A stretch of DNA of 64,000 bases, from the NCBI GenBank assembly GCA_963804995.1, contig CAWDSK010000006.1:1088001-1152000 (forward strand). Direction: 5' to 3'. Below, piece by piece: positions 29,890-40,064 of this stretch; within the stretch, counting starts at the first letter, position 1; the number at the start of each line of letters is the position of its first letter. The notes under the pieces are model-generated. The model was not told the origin of the DNA. It saw nothing but the letters and a program-made list of their open reading frames with translations, and searched no databases. This DNA is from an uncultured Acidobacteriota bacterium (GTDB lineage: Bacteria; Acidobacteriota; Terriglobia; UBA7540). The translations under genes and the position numbers were made by a program.

Positions 29890-31653
29890 ATGAACTTGGT
29901 CAAGGAAATTGACGAGCTGAATTGTGATTTCTGCGCCCCCCTCGAAGCCCGTGGAGTCATGGAGGCGCTGGTCAAACGCCTCGTAACTCATTATTCGGTT
30001 GCGGCAGCCGGAATATGGCGCCAGGATCCTGACCAATCGCATTTGACACTTGCCGCCTCGGCCGGGGCCCCGGCTTTCCCGGAAGATTTGGCTCAAGTGT
30101 CTGCCAGCCACAGCCACTCCCTGTTGGGACGAGCTTTGCAAGCAAAGCTGCCGCAGGTCTATCCGGGAGCCGCCAAGGCTGCTGACGATGAAGCCCAGTG
30201 GGCGGAACAGAACCATTTGCCTTTTTTGGCTGCCTACCCATTGGTGGACGAAACCAAGACCTTTGGCGTGCTGCTGGTGGCCTCAGAGCAAATTCCCGAA
30301 GACTCCCTGCAGGCGCTCTTCCGCCTCCATGCGCGGCTTGCGACCCTTGCCCTGCGGGATGCGGAGCTCTTCTCCAACGCTCAGCACACCCTGGACAAAC
30401 TGCAGTTCATGGTTGAAGCCAGCAAAGTCTTCAACTCCACCCTGGACCTTTCTGAACTCCTGGGCCGGATTCTTGACGTGGCCAAAACCCTTACCAAGGC
30501 CGAACGTGGAACCCTCTTCCTGGTGGATGAAAAAACGGACGAAATCTGGTCGCTCATCGCCCATGGTCTTGAAAAGCAGGAAATCCGTCTGCCGCGGGGC
30601 CGGGGAATTGCCGGCCACGTCGCCAAATCCGGGGAGATCATCAACATCCCCGATGCCTACAGTGACCCCCGCTTCGACCCCGAGACGGACAAGCGCACGG
30701 GTTTTCGCACGCGAAATATCCTTACTCTGCCTATTCGCAACAAGGCGGGCAATATCATCGCCGCGCTGCAACTCCTTAACAAAGCCAAGGGTAGCTTCAC
30801 CGACGAGGACACCAATGTACTGCTGACGTTGTCAGGACAAATGGCGATGAGCCTTGAGAACGCCCAACTGCATCGTGATCTCCTGGAGAAAGAGCGCCTG
30901 GAACGTGAGATGGCGCTAGCGCGGGGGATTCAGCGCAGCCTCCTCCCTGAGACGACCCCCGTCGTTAATGGTTTCGACATCGCCGTGCTTAACGAGCCCT
31001 GTTTCGAAGTGGGCGGCGACTACTACGATTTCCTGAGCTTGGGACCGAATACGCTGCTGGTGGTCATCGCGGACGTGGAAGGCAAGGGCATCAGTTCCGC
31101 CATGGTAATGTCGAACCTGCAAGCCACTTTGCGGGCGCTGGTGTTGCATCTGCATTCCCTGAACGACATCGCCGAATCTGTGAACCGCATGATTCTGAAC
31201 GATACGCGTGGCGAGAAGTATATGACCATGTTCCTAGGCCTGATCGACATGCGCCGAAAAGCGATTCATTACATCAACTGCGGGCACGTTCCTCCGGTCA
31301 TCGTACGACCGGGCCACCCGCCCATCCAGCTTACGGAAGGCGGCATGGTCATCGGCTTGTTCGATAACGCTCAATTCGACCGTGGCCACGTGAAGTTTCA
31401 GACCGGTAACGTCCTGGTACTTTGCACGGATGGCATTACCGAGGCCATGGACACGGAAAACGAGGAGTTTGGCCTGGAGCGTCTGGTGGCCAGCGTCAGC
31501 CGCGTCCCGGACCTCAAGGCCAAAGATATCGTGTCGAAGGTGTGCGACGATGTCACGGTATACTCTCGCGGAGGGACGCACATCGATGACAAGGTGATGT
31601 TGGCCATCAAGGTCATTGATGAGCCTGGAGATGCAGCGGGCAAGAAGAAGTAG
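29890..31653 (+). CDS. GAF-GAF-SpoIIE (PP2C) serine phosphatase, RsbU-like
   Basis: GAF NKFDE-type motifs (DAYSDPRF, QLLNK); VGGDYYD, IADVEGKG, NCGH, TDGITEA, DD. Confidence 0.92.
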   Translation: MNLVKEIDELNCDFCAPLEARGVMEALVKRLVTHYSVAAAGIWRQDPDQSHLTLAASAGAPAFPEDLAQVSASHSHSLLGRALQAKLPQVYPGAAKAADDEAQWAEQNHLPFLAAYPLVDETKTFGVLLVASEQIPEDSLQALFRLHARLATLALRDAELFSNAQHTLDKLQFMVEASKVFNSTLDLSELLGRILDVAKTLTKAERGTLFLVDEKTDEIWSLIAHGLEKQEIRLPRGRGIAGHVAKSGEIINIPDAYSDPRFDPETDKRTGFRTRNILTLPIRNKAGNIIAALQLLNKAKGSFTDEDTNVLLTLSGQMAMSLENAQLHRDLLEKERLEREMALARGIQRSLLPETTPVVNGFDIAVLNEPCFEVGGDYYDFLSLGPNTLLVVIADVEGKGISSAMVMSNLQATLRALVLHLHSLNDIAESVNRMILNDTRGEKYMTMFLGLIDMRRKAIHYINCGHVPPVIVRPGHPPIQLTEGGMVIGLFDNAQFDRGHVKFQTGNVLVLCTDGITEAMDTENEEFGLERLVASVSRVPDLKAKDIVSKVCDDVTVYSRGGTHIDDKVMLAIKVIDEPGDAAGKKK

Positions 31654-31756
31654 ACACAAGCCCTTTCGAGGCCTTGAAGTAGTCCTGATGGGCACGACGC
31701 GTGAGCGCCCATTACAAGTCGCGACGCAGCCGCGAAACGGACTAAGGACCAGGCTG

Positions 31757-32017
31757 TTAGCTGTTAGCTGTTAGCTGTAGTTTGACCGGCTTTCCCCCTC
31801 CGAATTTCCTGGCCAGCCAATCTTCCATATCGGCCCGTAGCGCCTCCGTATCCACCTGAAAACTTACTTCCAGTTGGCCGTCTGCCACGGGGAGAGTTTC
31901 ATCGAAAGCGCCGCGCCCGGTGAAGCTCCGCATGCAGAAACTATCCAGCCAATCGAGGGGACACGGTCGGGGCCCGTCGGGATTGACTATTTCGACGCGA
32001 ATCTTCCTCGCAAACAC
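31757..32017 (-). CDS. Hypothetical protein (start uncertain)
   Basis: The C-terminal 85 aa look protein-like (CPLDWLDSFCMRSFTG); same strand as the upstream gene. Confidence 0.5.
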   Translation of the reverse strand: MFARKIRVEIVNPDGPRPCPLDWLDSFCMRSFTGRGAFDETLPVADGQLEVSFQVDTEALRADMEDWLARKFGGGKPVKLQLTANS

Positions 32018-32119
32018 GCGTGCTCCACTAAAATTGGGTGTCGCCTTCCGGGTGCCGGCGAGAGGCACCTGCGGCGGTAGTGCCCGCGCTGCTCTCTCCG
32101 CGCCCCAGCAGGCCAAGTA

Positions 32120-32497
32120 TCACTTTAACGGAAACGCCATCGTGGTCATCAACGTCATGGCTGGTTGGGTGCTATCGAGCCGAGTGTGCTGCACGACCAC
32201 GGGCACATTACTTTCAACCTTCAAAGCCATGGGCTTGCCCACGGGGATTCCCTCGCCACGGCGGTTTTTTATGCGCTCCAGGCGAATATGTTGCGTTCGC
32301 AACGGAGGGCAGATTGCTTCAAAGCCCTTCAGCGGCTCGCGGTCCTCAAAATAAACTGTCAGCCTCACCTTCGCTTTACGGGTGGTCAGGTTGAGAACAC
32401 AAGCTGATTCGTGACTCTTCATTTCGCCGGTGCTCTGCTCTGGCAGATAGCTGTCGGGAATGATCCACACTTTCGCACCAACGCGCTTCTTCGCCAT
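32120..32497 (-). CDS. Sensory rhodopsin transducer (ASRT) family protein
   Basis: WIIPDSYLP, HESACVLN, YFEDREP, RTQHIR, ESNVPVVVQHTRLD. Confidence 0.88.
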   Translation of the reverse strand: MAKKRVGAKVWIIPDSYLPEQSTGEMKSHESACVLNLTTRKAKVRLTVYFEDREPLKGFEAICPPLRTQHIRLERIKNRRGEGIPVGKPMALKVESNVPVVVQHTRLDSTQPAMTLMTTMAFPLK

Positions 32498-32939
32498 GGG
32501 TACCTCCTCTGAGCGCCTTCCAATTTTTTACCACGGGTGGGCTGCCGATGGCGGCAACCTTACGGCTACAACAAAAATCATTGGACTTCTGTCCAGGTCT
32601 ACGTCACCAACGTATCGATCTCCTCCGGGGCCCGGTCACACGGCAATCCGAACATTGGGTCACCAACTCTCCCTTACCGCTGCATGTCAATCGAGGGAGT
32701 TCTGAAAACTAGGACTCACGCGCCATCCGGTTTAGCACGTGCCGGCCGTTCATGCAAGTCACTCCGCGAATAGCGATATCCTACGACACGTGCTGATATT
32801 TCCCAAAGCCCAAAGAAGGCGAATTGTCCGAGGCTGACTTATTCTGCCATTCTCGGAAGGAATACCCTCGAATGTGTGGGCTCTTCTGTGTACAATGGCG
32901 CGCTTAGCGGTACTTAAACTCGATCTACTGAGGTGAGGC

Positions 32940-33596
32940 ATGAATCGACGGGGGGTTCTGGCGGTAATGGTCCTGGGGCTGGTGCTTTTTCCAGGCCACG
33001 CTTTCGCCGACGAATGGAAACAGCTCTTCAACGGAAAGGACCTGACCGGCTGGAAGCACGTGGGCCCGGGCGGCGACACGGTAGAGGACGGGCTGATTCG
33101 CACGCACGGGGGCATGGGACTGCTTTATTGGACAGGCGGCAAGGTGGGCAATTGTGTGATCCACGTCGTCTATCGTTTTCGCGATAAGAACGATAATTCC
33201 GGCGTCTTTATCCGCATCCCTCTCGAGCCGCGGGAAGAGTGGATGCCGGTTCACTACGGGTATGAAGTGCAAATTGATAATGAGGCCGTTGGCGAAGATG
33301 AATACCATATCACGGGCACCCTCTACTCGCTGACCAAACCCCTCGCCAAGCCAGGAAAACCGGGGCCGGAGTGGAACACGATGGATATCACTTTGGATGG
33401 GCCCCACACCGTCGTTGTCGTGAACGGTGAGAAGGTGACGGATTACACCGAAGGCCAGCCCGTACCGCCGCGGAAGTTCAGTTTTGAGCCGCAACGCGGC
33501 CCGCGCCCCAACGAAGGCTGGATCGGTTTGCAGAACCACAGCGACAACGATATCGTCTTTTTCAAAGAAGTAGCAATCAAGCCACTGAAGAAGTAG
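32940..33596 (+). CDS. DUF1080 (3-keto-disaccharide hydrolase) family secreted protein
   Basis: Signal peptide; LFNGKDLTGW, NSGVF, YEVQI, WNTM, IGLQNH. Confidence 0.9.
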   Translation: MNRRGVLAVMVLGLVLFPGHAFADEWKQLFNGKDLTGWKHVGPGGDTVEDGLIRTHGGMGLLYWTGGKVGNCVIHVVYRFRDKNDNSGVFIRIPLEPREEWMPVHYGYEVQIDNEAVGEDEYHITGTLYSLTKPLAKPGKPGPEWNTMDITLDGPHTVVVVNGEKVTDYTEGQPVPPRKFSFEPQRGPRPNEGWIGLQNHSDNDIVFFKEVAIKPLKK

Positions 33597-33791
33597 CATC
33601 ATGGCCTTCGCCTGCGGACGGGAATGCTACCGCAGTGCGTCGAAAGTAACAGTACTTGTAGCGTCCCGACCTGTCGGGACACATGCCGACCTAAAGGTCG
33701 GCGCACAACACCGACACTAGGTGCTCGCGCCCACAGGACGAACGTAGAATCTTTGTTTGGCATCTGACATAGCGGTAGAGGAGGGAACATC

Positions 33792-34691
33792 ATGATCGAC
33801 AGGTTACATCGCCGAGGGTTTCTGAAAGTGGCCGGGGCTGCCGCGGGCTCACTGTGTGTGAATATCCAGGGCGCCAACGGCCCGGAGGAGGGAGCTAACT
33901 CCAGCCACCCCCGATTTCTTACGAGTTGCTGTGCCTACTCCTACGGAGACTATTTGAAGTCCGGTAAAATGACCATGGAGGACTTTATCCGCAAGGCTGT
34001 GGAGCTTGATATCGACGGCGTCGACTTGACCACGTATTGGTTTAAATCCACTGAGCCCGATTACCTACTCAGCTTGCGTCATCTCGCCTTCAAACTGGGC
34101 GTGGTCTTTTCAGGAATCGCCATCCGCAACTCCCTCTGCTACGCCGAACCTGAGAAGCGCGCGCAGCAAGTGGAGGAAATCAAGAAATGGGTGGATGCCA
34201 CCGACATCCTGGGCACTTCCCAAATCCGCGTATTCGGCGGCAAAGTGCCCAATGGTGCGTCGGATGCCCAGGGCATCGATTGGGTCGTGGAAACCCTGAA
34301 GCCCGCCTGTGATTATGCGGCCAAGAAAGGGGTGACCCTGGCCATCGAAACCCATCACGAAATCACCGAGAAAGCCGCCAACGTGGTGGAGATCCTCCGT
34401 CGCGTCGATTCACCTTACGCGGGCGTCACCCTGGATATCAGCAACTGGCTGGAAGAACCTTACGGTCAGATTGAGACCTTGGTGCCTTACGCGACCAACA
34501 CCCACATCCGCGATTTCTACGGGCCTCCGCCCCGGCCGCTGGACCTCGACCGGGTCTGGCAAATTTTCGCGAAGGCCGGCTACAAAGGCTTCATGACCGT
34601 GGAATATGAAAGCCCAGAAGATCAAATGACTGGTGTCCCGAAACTCGTCGACAAGGTCAAGGCTCTCTGCAAGAAGTATTCGAGTGTTTAA
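33792..34691 (+). CDS. Tat-exported sugar phosphate isomerase/epimerase (TIM barrel), copy 1
   Basis: RRGFLK; RVFGG, IETH, LDISN, THIRD, VEYE. Confidence 0.9.
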   Translation: MIDRLHRRGFLKVAGAAAGSLCVNIQGANGPEEGANSSHPRFLTSCCAYSYGDYLKSGKMTMEDFIRKAVELDIDGVDLTTYWFKSTEPDYLLSLRHLAFKLGVVFSGIAIRNSLCYAEPEKRAQQVEEIKKWVDATDILGTSQIRVFGGKVPNGASDAQGIDWVVETLKPACDYAAKKGVTLAIETHHEITEKAANVVEILRRVDSPYAGVTLDISNWLEEPYGQIETLVPYATNTHIRDFYGPPPRPLDLDRVWQIFAKAGYKGFMTVEYESPEDQMTGVPKLVDKVKALCKKYSSV

Positions 34692-34751
34692 TTCGGAAAC
34701 CGTTTTTGGTAACGACCAATTTCTCGCGCCCCAGGCGCTGGAGGAGATAGC

Positions 34752-35657
34752 ATGAACGATTCTTTGCCTCGTCGAGGGTTTTTGAAAGCCGCTGGCCTCG
34801 CAGCGGCTGGCTCACTCGTTTCTGACATCCGGGTTGGCGCTCGGCCGGCGGAGGGAGCAACCCACCCCCAGCCGCGGCTCCTGACCGGGTGTTGCGCCTA
34901 CTCTTACGGGACATACCTGGAAGCCGGCAAGATGACGATGGAGCAGTTTATCCTCAAGGCCGTGGAACTGGAGGTGGTGGGCGTTGACATGACCGCCTAC
35001 TGGTTAAAATCCAAGGAACCGGCTTATCTCCATAGCTTGCGCCATCTCGCCCATAAGCACGGGATCCTCTTTTCCGGAGCCGCCTGCGGGACCGAGATGT
35101 GCGAGCCCAACGCTACCAAGCGCGCCGCGCTGGTCACGGAGATTGAGCAATGGATCGATGTCGCAGACCTGCTGGGCGCTTCCCACTTGCGCGTTTTCGG
35201 CGGCGAACTTCCCCCGGGCGCCACAGTGGCCCAAGGCAAGGACTGGGTTGTCGAAGTCCTGAAGCCAACTGCCGATTACGCCACCCAAAAAGGCGTGATG
35301 CTGGGCATCGAGAGCCATCACGGAATCACCTCCATGGCTGCTGACATTATCGAAATCATCCATCGCGTTGACTCACCCTACGTCGGCTGCAACCTCGATA
35401 TCACGCACTTCCCCAAAGACCCCTACGCACAGATCGAGGCTCTGATCCCGTACGCCACGATGACCCATATTCGTGATCACTTCGACGAGCCGCGGCCCGA
35501 CCCCATCGACCTCGAACGCGTCTGGCAGATGTTCGTAAAAGGCGGTTACCAGGGTTTCATGGCCGCAGAGTACGAATCGAAGGAAGACCCCATGACCGCC
35601 GTCCCCAAACTGGTCGATAAGATCAAGACACTCTGCAAAAAGTTTTCAAGTGTCTGA
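34752..35657 (+). CDS. Tat-exported sugar phosphate isomerase/epimerase, copy 2
   Basis: RRGFLK; RVFGG, IESH, LDITH, THIRD, AEYE; collinear with copy 1. Confidence 0.9.
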   Translation: MNDSLPRRGFLKAAGLAAAGSLVSDIRVGARPAEGATHPQPRLLTGCCAYSYGTYLEAGKMTMEQFILKAVELEVVGVDMTAYWLKSKEPAYLHSLRHLAHKHGILFSGAACGTEMCEPNATKRAALVTEIEQWIDVADLLGASHLRVFGGELPPGATVAQGKDWVVEVLKPTADYATQKGVMLGIESHHGITSMAADIIEIIHRVDSPYVGCNLDITHFPKDPYAQIEALIPYATMTHIRDHFDEPRPDPIDLERVWQMFVKGGYQGFMAAEYESKEDPMTAVPKLVDKIKTLCKKFSSV

Positions 35658-35793
35658 CATCCTCGAAGAAGTGCCGACCTTTAGAGCCTGCCTGCCCTGA
35701 GCACCGCGAAGGGTCGGCACTTCTATTTCATCCCTATCGTGCTGACCTGAAGGTCAGCGCCACAACCAGTTCGCCACCTCTTTGTCGCGCCGG

Positions 35794-36044
35794 CCTTATG
35801 GTTTTTGAATTTAGTAACTTGTTTCGACGCCCCGCGCGTGGAAGTAACCCCTCATCCGTCCTCCTACGTCAGCCACCTTCTCCCCTGGGGAGAAGGCTGG
35901 GATTTACGGTGCCTAGCCCTCTCCGAGGGGAGAGGGTGGACCGCAACCGGCGTTTTCATCAGCCGGGGCAGGCCGGGTGAGGGGTCGGTTGGGGGTTCGG
36001 GCCCTTTGAGAGTTCACCAAGTTAAAAATTCAAAAATCATAAGG
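35794..36044. mobile_element. MITE-like element with AT-rich imperfect TIRs and palindromic cargo
   Basis: CCTTATGGTTTTTGAATTTAGTAACTTG (35794-35821) versus CAAGTTAAAAATTCAAAAATCATAAGG (36018-36044). The cargo is shared with the 1027-1246 element. Confidence 0.75.
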
Positions 36045-36079
36045 TCAGCGTTACTTGCGGCGGGAAAATCCGCATGCCT

Positions 36080-36107
36080 GTAAACCTCCGCATTTCCAAT
36101 CCGTCTA
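36080..36107 (+). promoter_or_regulatory. Putative autoregulatory ECF promoter
   Basis: GTAAAC-N16-CGTCTA, 26 nt upstream of the ECF start. Confidence 0.65.
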
Positions 36108-36133
36108 TTGAGGTAGACTTCGGTAAGGAGAAC

Positions 36134-36724
36134 ATGGAAAGCGCTCTCGCGACCATCGCGGATCTAGCCACGGGCCGGAACCTTGCGGACAGCCTTGCCG
36201 AGCGCGAATTTGACCACCTCGTCAGGTCTCATCAGCGGCGCATTTACCGGGTGTTGTTCTCCCTCCTTCGCGACCAGGACCTGGCCGATACGCTGACTCA
36301 GGAGTGTTTCCTGCGGGCCTTTCGGAAGCGGGCCACCTATCGTGGCGAGGCGAGTGTCGAGACCTGGCTGGTCCGAATCGCCATCAACCTGGCACGCGAT
36401 CACGCCAGGAACCGCCGTCTGGCCTTTTGGCGCGGGTTGTTGCACTTGGGCCCTCGAGCTGAATCTGAGACTGCCATCCTGGAACCCTGTGACCCCGCTC
36501 CTTCCGCCGAGCGGGCACTCCTGGCACGCGAGCAAATGATGAGCGTGCGGTCGACTCTGGACAAACTCTCGCCGCAACAACGGACTGCCTTCACACTGCG
36601 CTTCTTTGAGGAAATGAGTTTGGAAGAAATCGCGCACGTTATGGAAGTGGAGGTCGGGACCGTAAAAGCGCACTTGTTCCGCGCCGTCAATGCGGTGAGG
36701 AAGAAACTGAAGGGGCAGAAATGA
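36134..36724 (+). CDS. ECF RNA polymerase sigma factor
   Basis: LTQECFLRA, TWLVRIAIN, SLEEIA, GTVKAHLFRA; AAGGAG RBS. Confidence 0.93.
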   Translation: MESALATIADLATGRNLADSLAEREFDHLVRSHQRRIYRVLFSLLRDQDLADTLTQECFLRAFRKRATYRGEASVETWLVRIAINLARDHARNRRLAFWRGLLHLGPRAESETAILEPCDPAPSAERALLAREQMMSVRSTLDKLSPQQRTAFTLRFFEEMSLEEIAHVMEVEVGTVKAHLFRAVNAVRKKLKGQK

Positions 36725-37194
36725 ACAGCCATCTCAGCGATGAACAATGGGCGGCCGCCGTTCTCAGGGAGAGCGGAACCGTGAATATCGACCATCTGAG
36801 CGAATGCGCGCCCTGTCGTGAGGAAGTGCATTTGCTGGCGGAGGTAATAGGTGAAGGGCGGGCGGAAATCCACCGCGCTACGGAGCAGCCAGATTCATTC
36901 TGGAGGCAGCAGCGCGAGGGCATTTCGACTCGCTTGGCCACCCACGAATTCAATCCGCCCTGGAAACGCCTGGTCTGGGTCACGGCCACCTTCACCTTGA
37001 TTTTACTGGCAACTTCTCTACTCTCGAGACACTCTGCGCCTTCGCTTCCAGAGACTGCCCGGACCGACCCGGATGACGCGCTGATGCTGAGTGTGCAGCA
37101 ATCGATACGCAGCGATTTGCCCCAGGCGCTCCGGCCCGCCGCGCTGCTGACCCAGGAAATGGATCGCGCTGCGGCAGCGCGGCGAAATCCCTGA
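36721..37194 (+). CDS. Zinc-binding membrane anti-sigma factor
   Basis: HLSECAPC ZAS motif, one TM helix, overlaps the sigma stop codon. Confidence 0.8.
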   Translation: MNSHLSDEQWAAAVLRESGTVNIDHLSECAPCREEVHLLAEVIGEGRAEIHRATEQPDSFWRQQREGISTRLATHEFNPPWKRLVWVTATFTLILLATSLLSRHSAPSLPETARTDPDDALMLSVQQSIRSDLPQALRPAALLTQEMDRAAAARRNP

Positions 37195-37318
37195 AAAGGT
37201 GTCAGGTGACAGGTATCAGGGGGTAGCTATCAAGCGGACGGTGCTAGTGCTGCGGCTTTTCCTGACACCAGATACCTGACACCTTGCTTTTTACAGACTT
37301 TTAAAAAGGAGCACAAAC

Positions 37319-38032
37319 ATGAAACCGCTTCGAACTCTGATGGGGATGGCTTTAATCTTCTTGCCCTCGGCAGCGTGGGCCCAAAACAATCCCTCGGCAT
37401 CGCCCACACCCAACCCAGGCCCGGTGACTGCTGGTCCGGTCATTGCCGGGCAGTTCCCACCCGACGCTCCCCCGCCGCCACCGGGAGCGGTAATGATTCA
37501 GAGAAGGGTCGTGGGTCCCGGGGGGCCGGGGAACGCAACCTATATGACGGTGGGGGGGCCTGGACCGACCGAGGGTCTGGGCGCGTGGTGGAAAAACTCC
37601 GAGATTGTCTCTAAGCTGCAGCTTCCCGAAGACCGCGTAAAGAAAATCGAGCAGACATTCCTGGACCACAAATTGAAGCTCATCGATCTCCAGGCCGATC
37701 TGGAAAAGCAAGAATTGCGCTTGCAGCCGCTGATGGACGTTGACCACCCCGACGAGGGCAAAGTGGGCGCGCAAATTGACCTGATCACCGCGGCGCGGGG
37801 CAGGCTCGAAAAAGAAAATGCCATGATGATGTTGGCCATCCGTAGCGACCTGACGGTCGAGCAATGGAAGAAGCTCAAGGCGATCGAAGCTGCTGAACGC
37901 GGGAAGGAAAGAGTCCTTTTTTGGCGAGGAAACGGGCCGATGCCAGGGGGGCCCGGAGTTAACACGCTGGGCGGAGTTCCCTTACCGCCTCCTGGCGAAG
38001 GCCCGGTAACAGCACCGGTACCCCCCCAGTAA
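37319..38032 (+). CDS. Periplasmic Spy/CpxP/ZraP-like protein
   Basis: Signal peptide; helical core WWKN..LQL..LTVEQWKKL; Pro/Gly-rich flanks. Confidence 0.78.
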   Translation: MKPLRTLMGMALIFLPSAAWAQNNPSASPTPNPGPVTAGPVIAGQFPPDAPPPPPGAVMIQRRVVGPGGPGNATYMTVGGPGPTEGLGAWWKNSEIVSKLQLPEDRVKKIEQTFLDHKLKLIDLQADLEKQELRLQPLMDVDHPDEGKVGAQIDLITAARGRLEKENAMMMLAIRSDLTVEQWKKLKAIEAAERGKERVLFWRGNGPMPGGPGVNTLGGVPLPPPGEGPVTAPVPPQ

Positions 38033-38049
38033 TGGATGGGAAGCTGAAG

Positions 38050-38110
38050 CGGGGCAAATGAACATCGGGCTGCGAGCTCAATTGCTCGTAGCCCCCCTGC
38101 CCCGTTTTTG
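38050..38110 (+). terminator. Intrinsic terminator of the ECF operon
   Basis: GGGCTGCGAGC / GCTCGTAGCCC hairpin inside CGGGGCA / TGCCCCG, followed by T5. Confidence 0.65.
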
Positions 38111-38296
38111 ACCTGTTTTTTGCTCAAAAACCCCTCAAAACTACCTGAATACCCACCAGAGATATTTAGCCTCTCTGTTTGTTATCAATAACATTCCGGC
38201 TTCGTTCGTCATCTTTTTATATTTTTATCGCAGCGCCCCGAGACTATGAAAATATTCGTATAAGTGCTTTGTTTTCAAGCTAGTGATATTCGCCGA

Positions 38297-38454
38297 GATC
38301 ATAGAATTCTCCCGGCCAGAACGATAAGTCGATTGTATTGAATAACTCATTGGCATAGGAGGTAGTTTCGGCGGGATCATAAGAATTCTCCCGGCTAAGA
38401 ACGGTAAGTCGATTGTATTGAATAACTCATTGGCATAAGAGGTTGGTTCGGCGG
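38297..38454. repeat. Two tandem 78-80-bp direct repeats
   Basis: Units start GATCAT at 38297 and 38375 and share TAAGTCGATTGTATTGAATAACTCATTGGCATA exactly. Confidence 0.9.
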
Positions 38455-38522
38455 GCTGCAAAGCAGAGGACATCGTCGGACCCACGATCGTCGCCAAGTC
38501 GCCCCAGCGACAACTTACGATT

Positions 38523-38550
38523 ACTATAACATAGATAATGTGTTTGTCAA
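38523..38550 (-). promoter_or_regulatory. Sigma70-type promoter facing the tandem repeats
   Basis: Minus strand TTGACA-N16-TATAGT with a TG extended -10. Confidence 0.55.
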
Positions 38551-38695
38551 CAACAAAAACCACCCCGCTAGCCTCGCCGCCGGGATTTTTCCTGGCGGGT
38601 GCTTCGCGCCTTCCTGAACGTCAGGCCAGGGCGGAGAAAGGAACAGGCTGCCCTCTGCAGGGCATCGCTACGAAGAAGAGGCCACAGGGCGGGTT

Positions 38696-39931
38696 TCAGT
38701 ACACGAGCACATCGCCCTCGTTCAAACCTTCGGCGACTTCGATGTTCAGGCCGTCTTGGGCGCCTAACTGGACTTTGCGGATTTGGATGCCGGAGGGAGT
38801 CTTGACCCGCACCGTAGCAATGCCTTGTTGGTACTCCACGGCGTGCAAGGGCAGGACCAGCACGTTATCTTTGCGGGCGAGGTCGATATAAACGTCTACG
38901 CGCAGTCCCACCCTCAGCGGTGAACCCGAATCAACTTCGACGAAGCTTTCGAGGACGTCCGTATCGATTTTTTCGGTGGGATTATCGGTTTGAATTTTCT
39001 TCGGCCCCAGCCCGCCACTGATGCGCACCACGCGCCCATAGAAGGTCTGGCCGCGGAAAGCATCACAGCGAATGGAGGCACGCTGGCCAAGCCGGATCTT
39101 GCCAACATCCGTCTCGTCGATTTCCGCGCGCACCATCAAATGGGTGGTGTCGGAGACGGAGACGATGGGCTGGTAGAGCGACTCGTAGGAAATGGATTCA
39201 CCGGGATTCATATAACGCTTGATGACCACGCCGTCCACAGGTGAGCGCACGAAGGTGTTGTCGTAGTTGTCCTGCGCCTGGGCGAGTTGGGCGCGAGCGA
39301 GTTCGAGTTCCGCCTGTGCGGAGTCCACGTCTTCGGAGCGCGGCGGCGCCATGATCAGTTTGTGATTCTGGCGCGCCGATTCGAGACGCGCTTCCGCCAT
39401 CTTCCAGTCGCGCTCCGACTGGTCGAGGACCGATTGCGAGATGACGCCGCCTTCCTTGAAGAGGTTTTGGGAGCGCTCATAATTTTGGCGGGCATTGTCG
39501 GCCGCAGCCTGGGCCTCGTTCATGGCAGCGTGCGCCGCCGCGCGCTCCTCCGGCCGGGCGCCGTTCCGGAGCTTCTCAAGCGCGGCCTGGGCGCGCAGCA
39601 CATTGGCATGCGCCTGCTCAACCTGCGCTTTCAAATCGTCATTCTCAAGCACCGCCACGACTTGCCCTTTGCGTAGCGGATCGCCGTCGTTGACGGTAAC
39701 TTCCTTCAACCTCCCCACTACTCGCGATGCCAGCTTGATCTCCTGTGACGTGGCGCCTTCCACCCGTCCACGCGCCGCAATGTGAGAATCAATCCTCCCG
39801 CGATGGACCTGCACCTGGTTCTTGAATCCTGAGGAATTCCTTGTGACCGAGGTTAAAAACAAGATCAGCGGCACGAAAAGCACCAATCCCAGCAGCGTGA
39901 ACATGTAGAGATTTTTGTGTGGCTTTGTCAT
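38696..39931 (-). CDS. HlyD-family periplasmic adaptor of ABC exporter
   Basis: N-terminal TM helix, lipoyl-like halves, long coiled coil, VRSPVDGVV, AEIDETD. Confidence 0.9.
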   Translation of the reverse strand: MTKPHKNLYMFTLLGLVLFVPLILFLTSVTRNSSGFKNQVQVHRGRIDSHIAARGRVEGATSQEIKLASRVVGRLKEVTVNDGDPLRKGQVVAVLENDDLKAQVEQAHANVLRAQAALEKLRNGARPEERAAAHAAMNEAQAAADNARQNYERSQNLFKEGGVISQSVLDQSERDWKMAEARLESARQNHKLIMAPPRSEDVDSAQAELELARAQLAQAQDNYDNTFVRSPVDGVVIKRYMNPGESISYESLYQPIVSVSDTTHLMVRAEIDETDVGKIRLGQRASIRCDAFRGQTFYGRVVRISGGLGPKKIQTDNPTEKIDTDVLESFVEVDSGSPLRVGLRVDVYIDLARKDNVLVLPLHAVEYQQGIATVRVKTPSGIQIRKVQLGAQDGLNIEVAEGLNEGDVLVY

Positions 39932-40064
39932 AAAAGTAGGCAGAAGGCAGAAAGCAGTAGGCAGTAGTAAGTTCGTAGCCACGGTCAGGGCCTTTCTGAC
40001 CGTGGTCCTTTCTCATGCCCGGTGTCCAAGCAAGAACCCGCGGTCAGAAAACCACTGACCGCGG

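Noticed and set aside
38297..38454. Possible CRISPR array
   Set aside because: Only two units, similar along their whole length with no unique spacers, and no cas genes.
38520..38550. dif (XerC/D) site
   Set aside because: Only a partial XerD-like arm and no XerC arm; a promoter explains the sequence better.
38225..38563. 112-aa minus-strand ORF over the tandem repeats
   Set aside because: It starts upstream of the promoter-like motif, the two repeat units are read in different frames, and it has no RBS.
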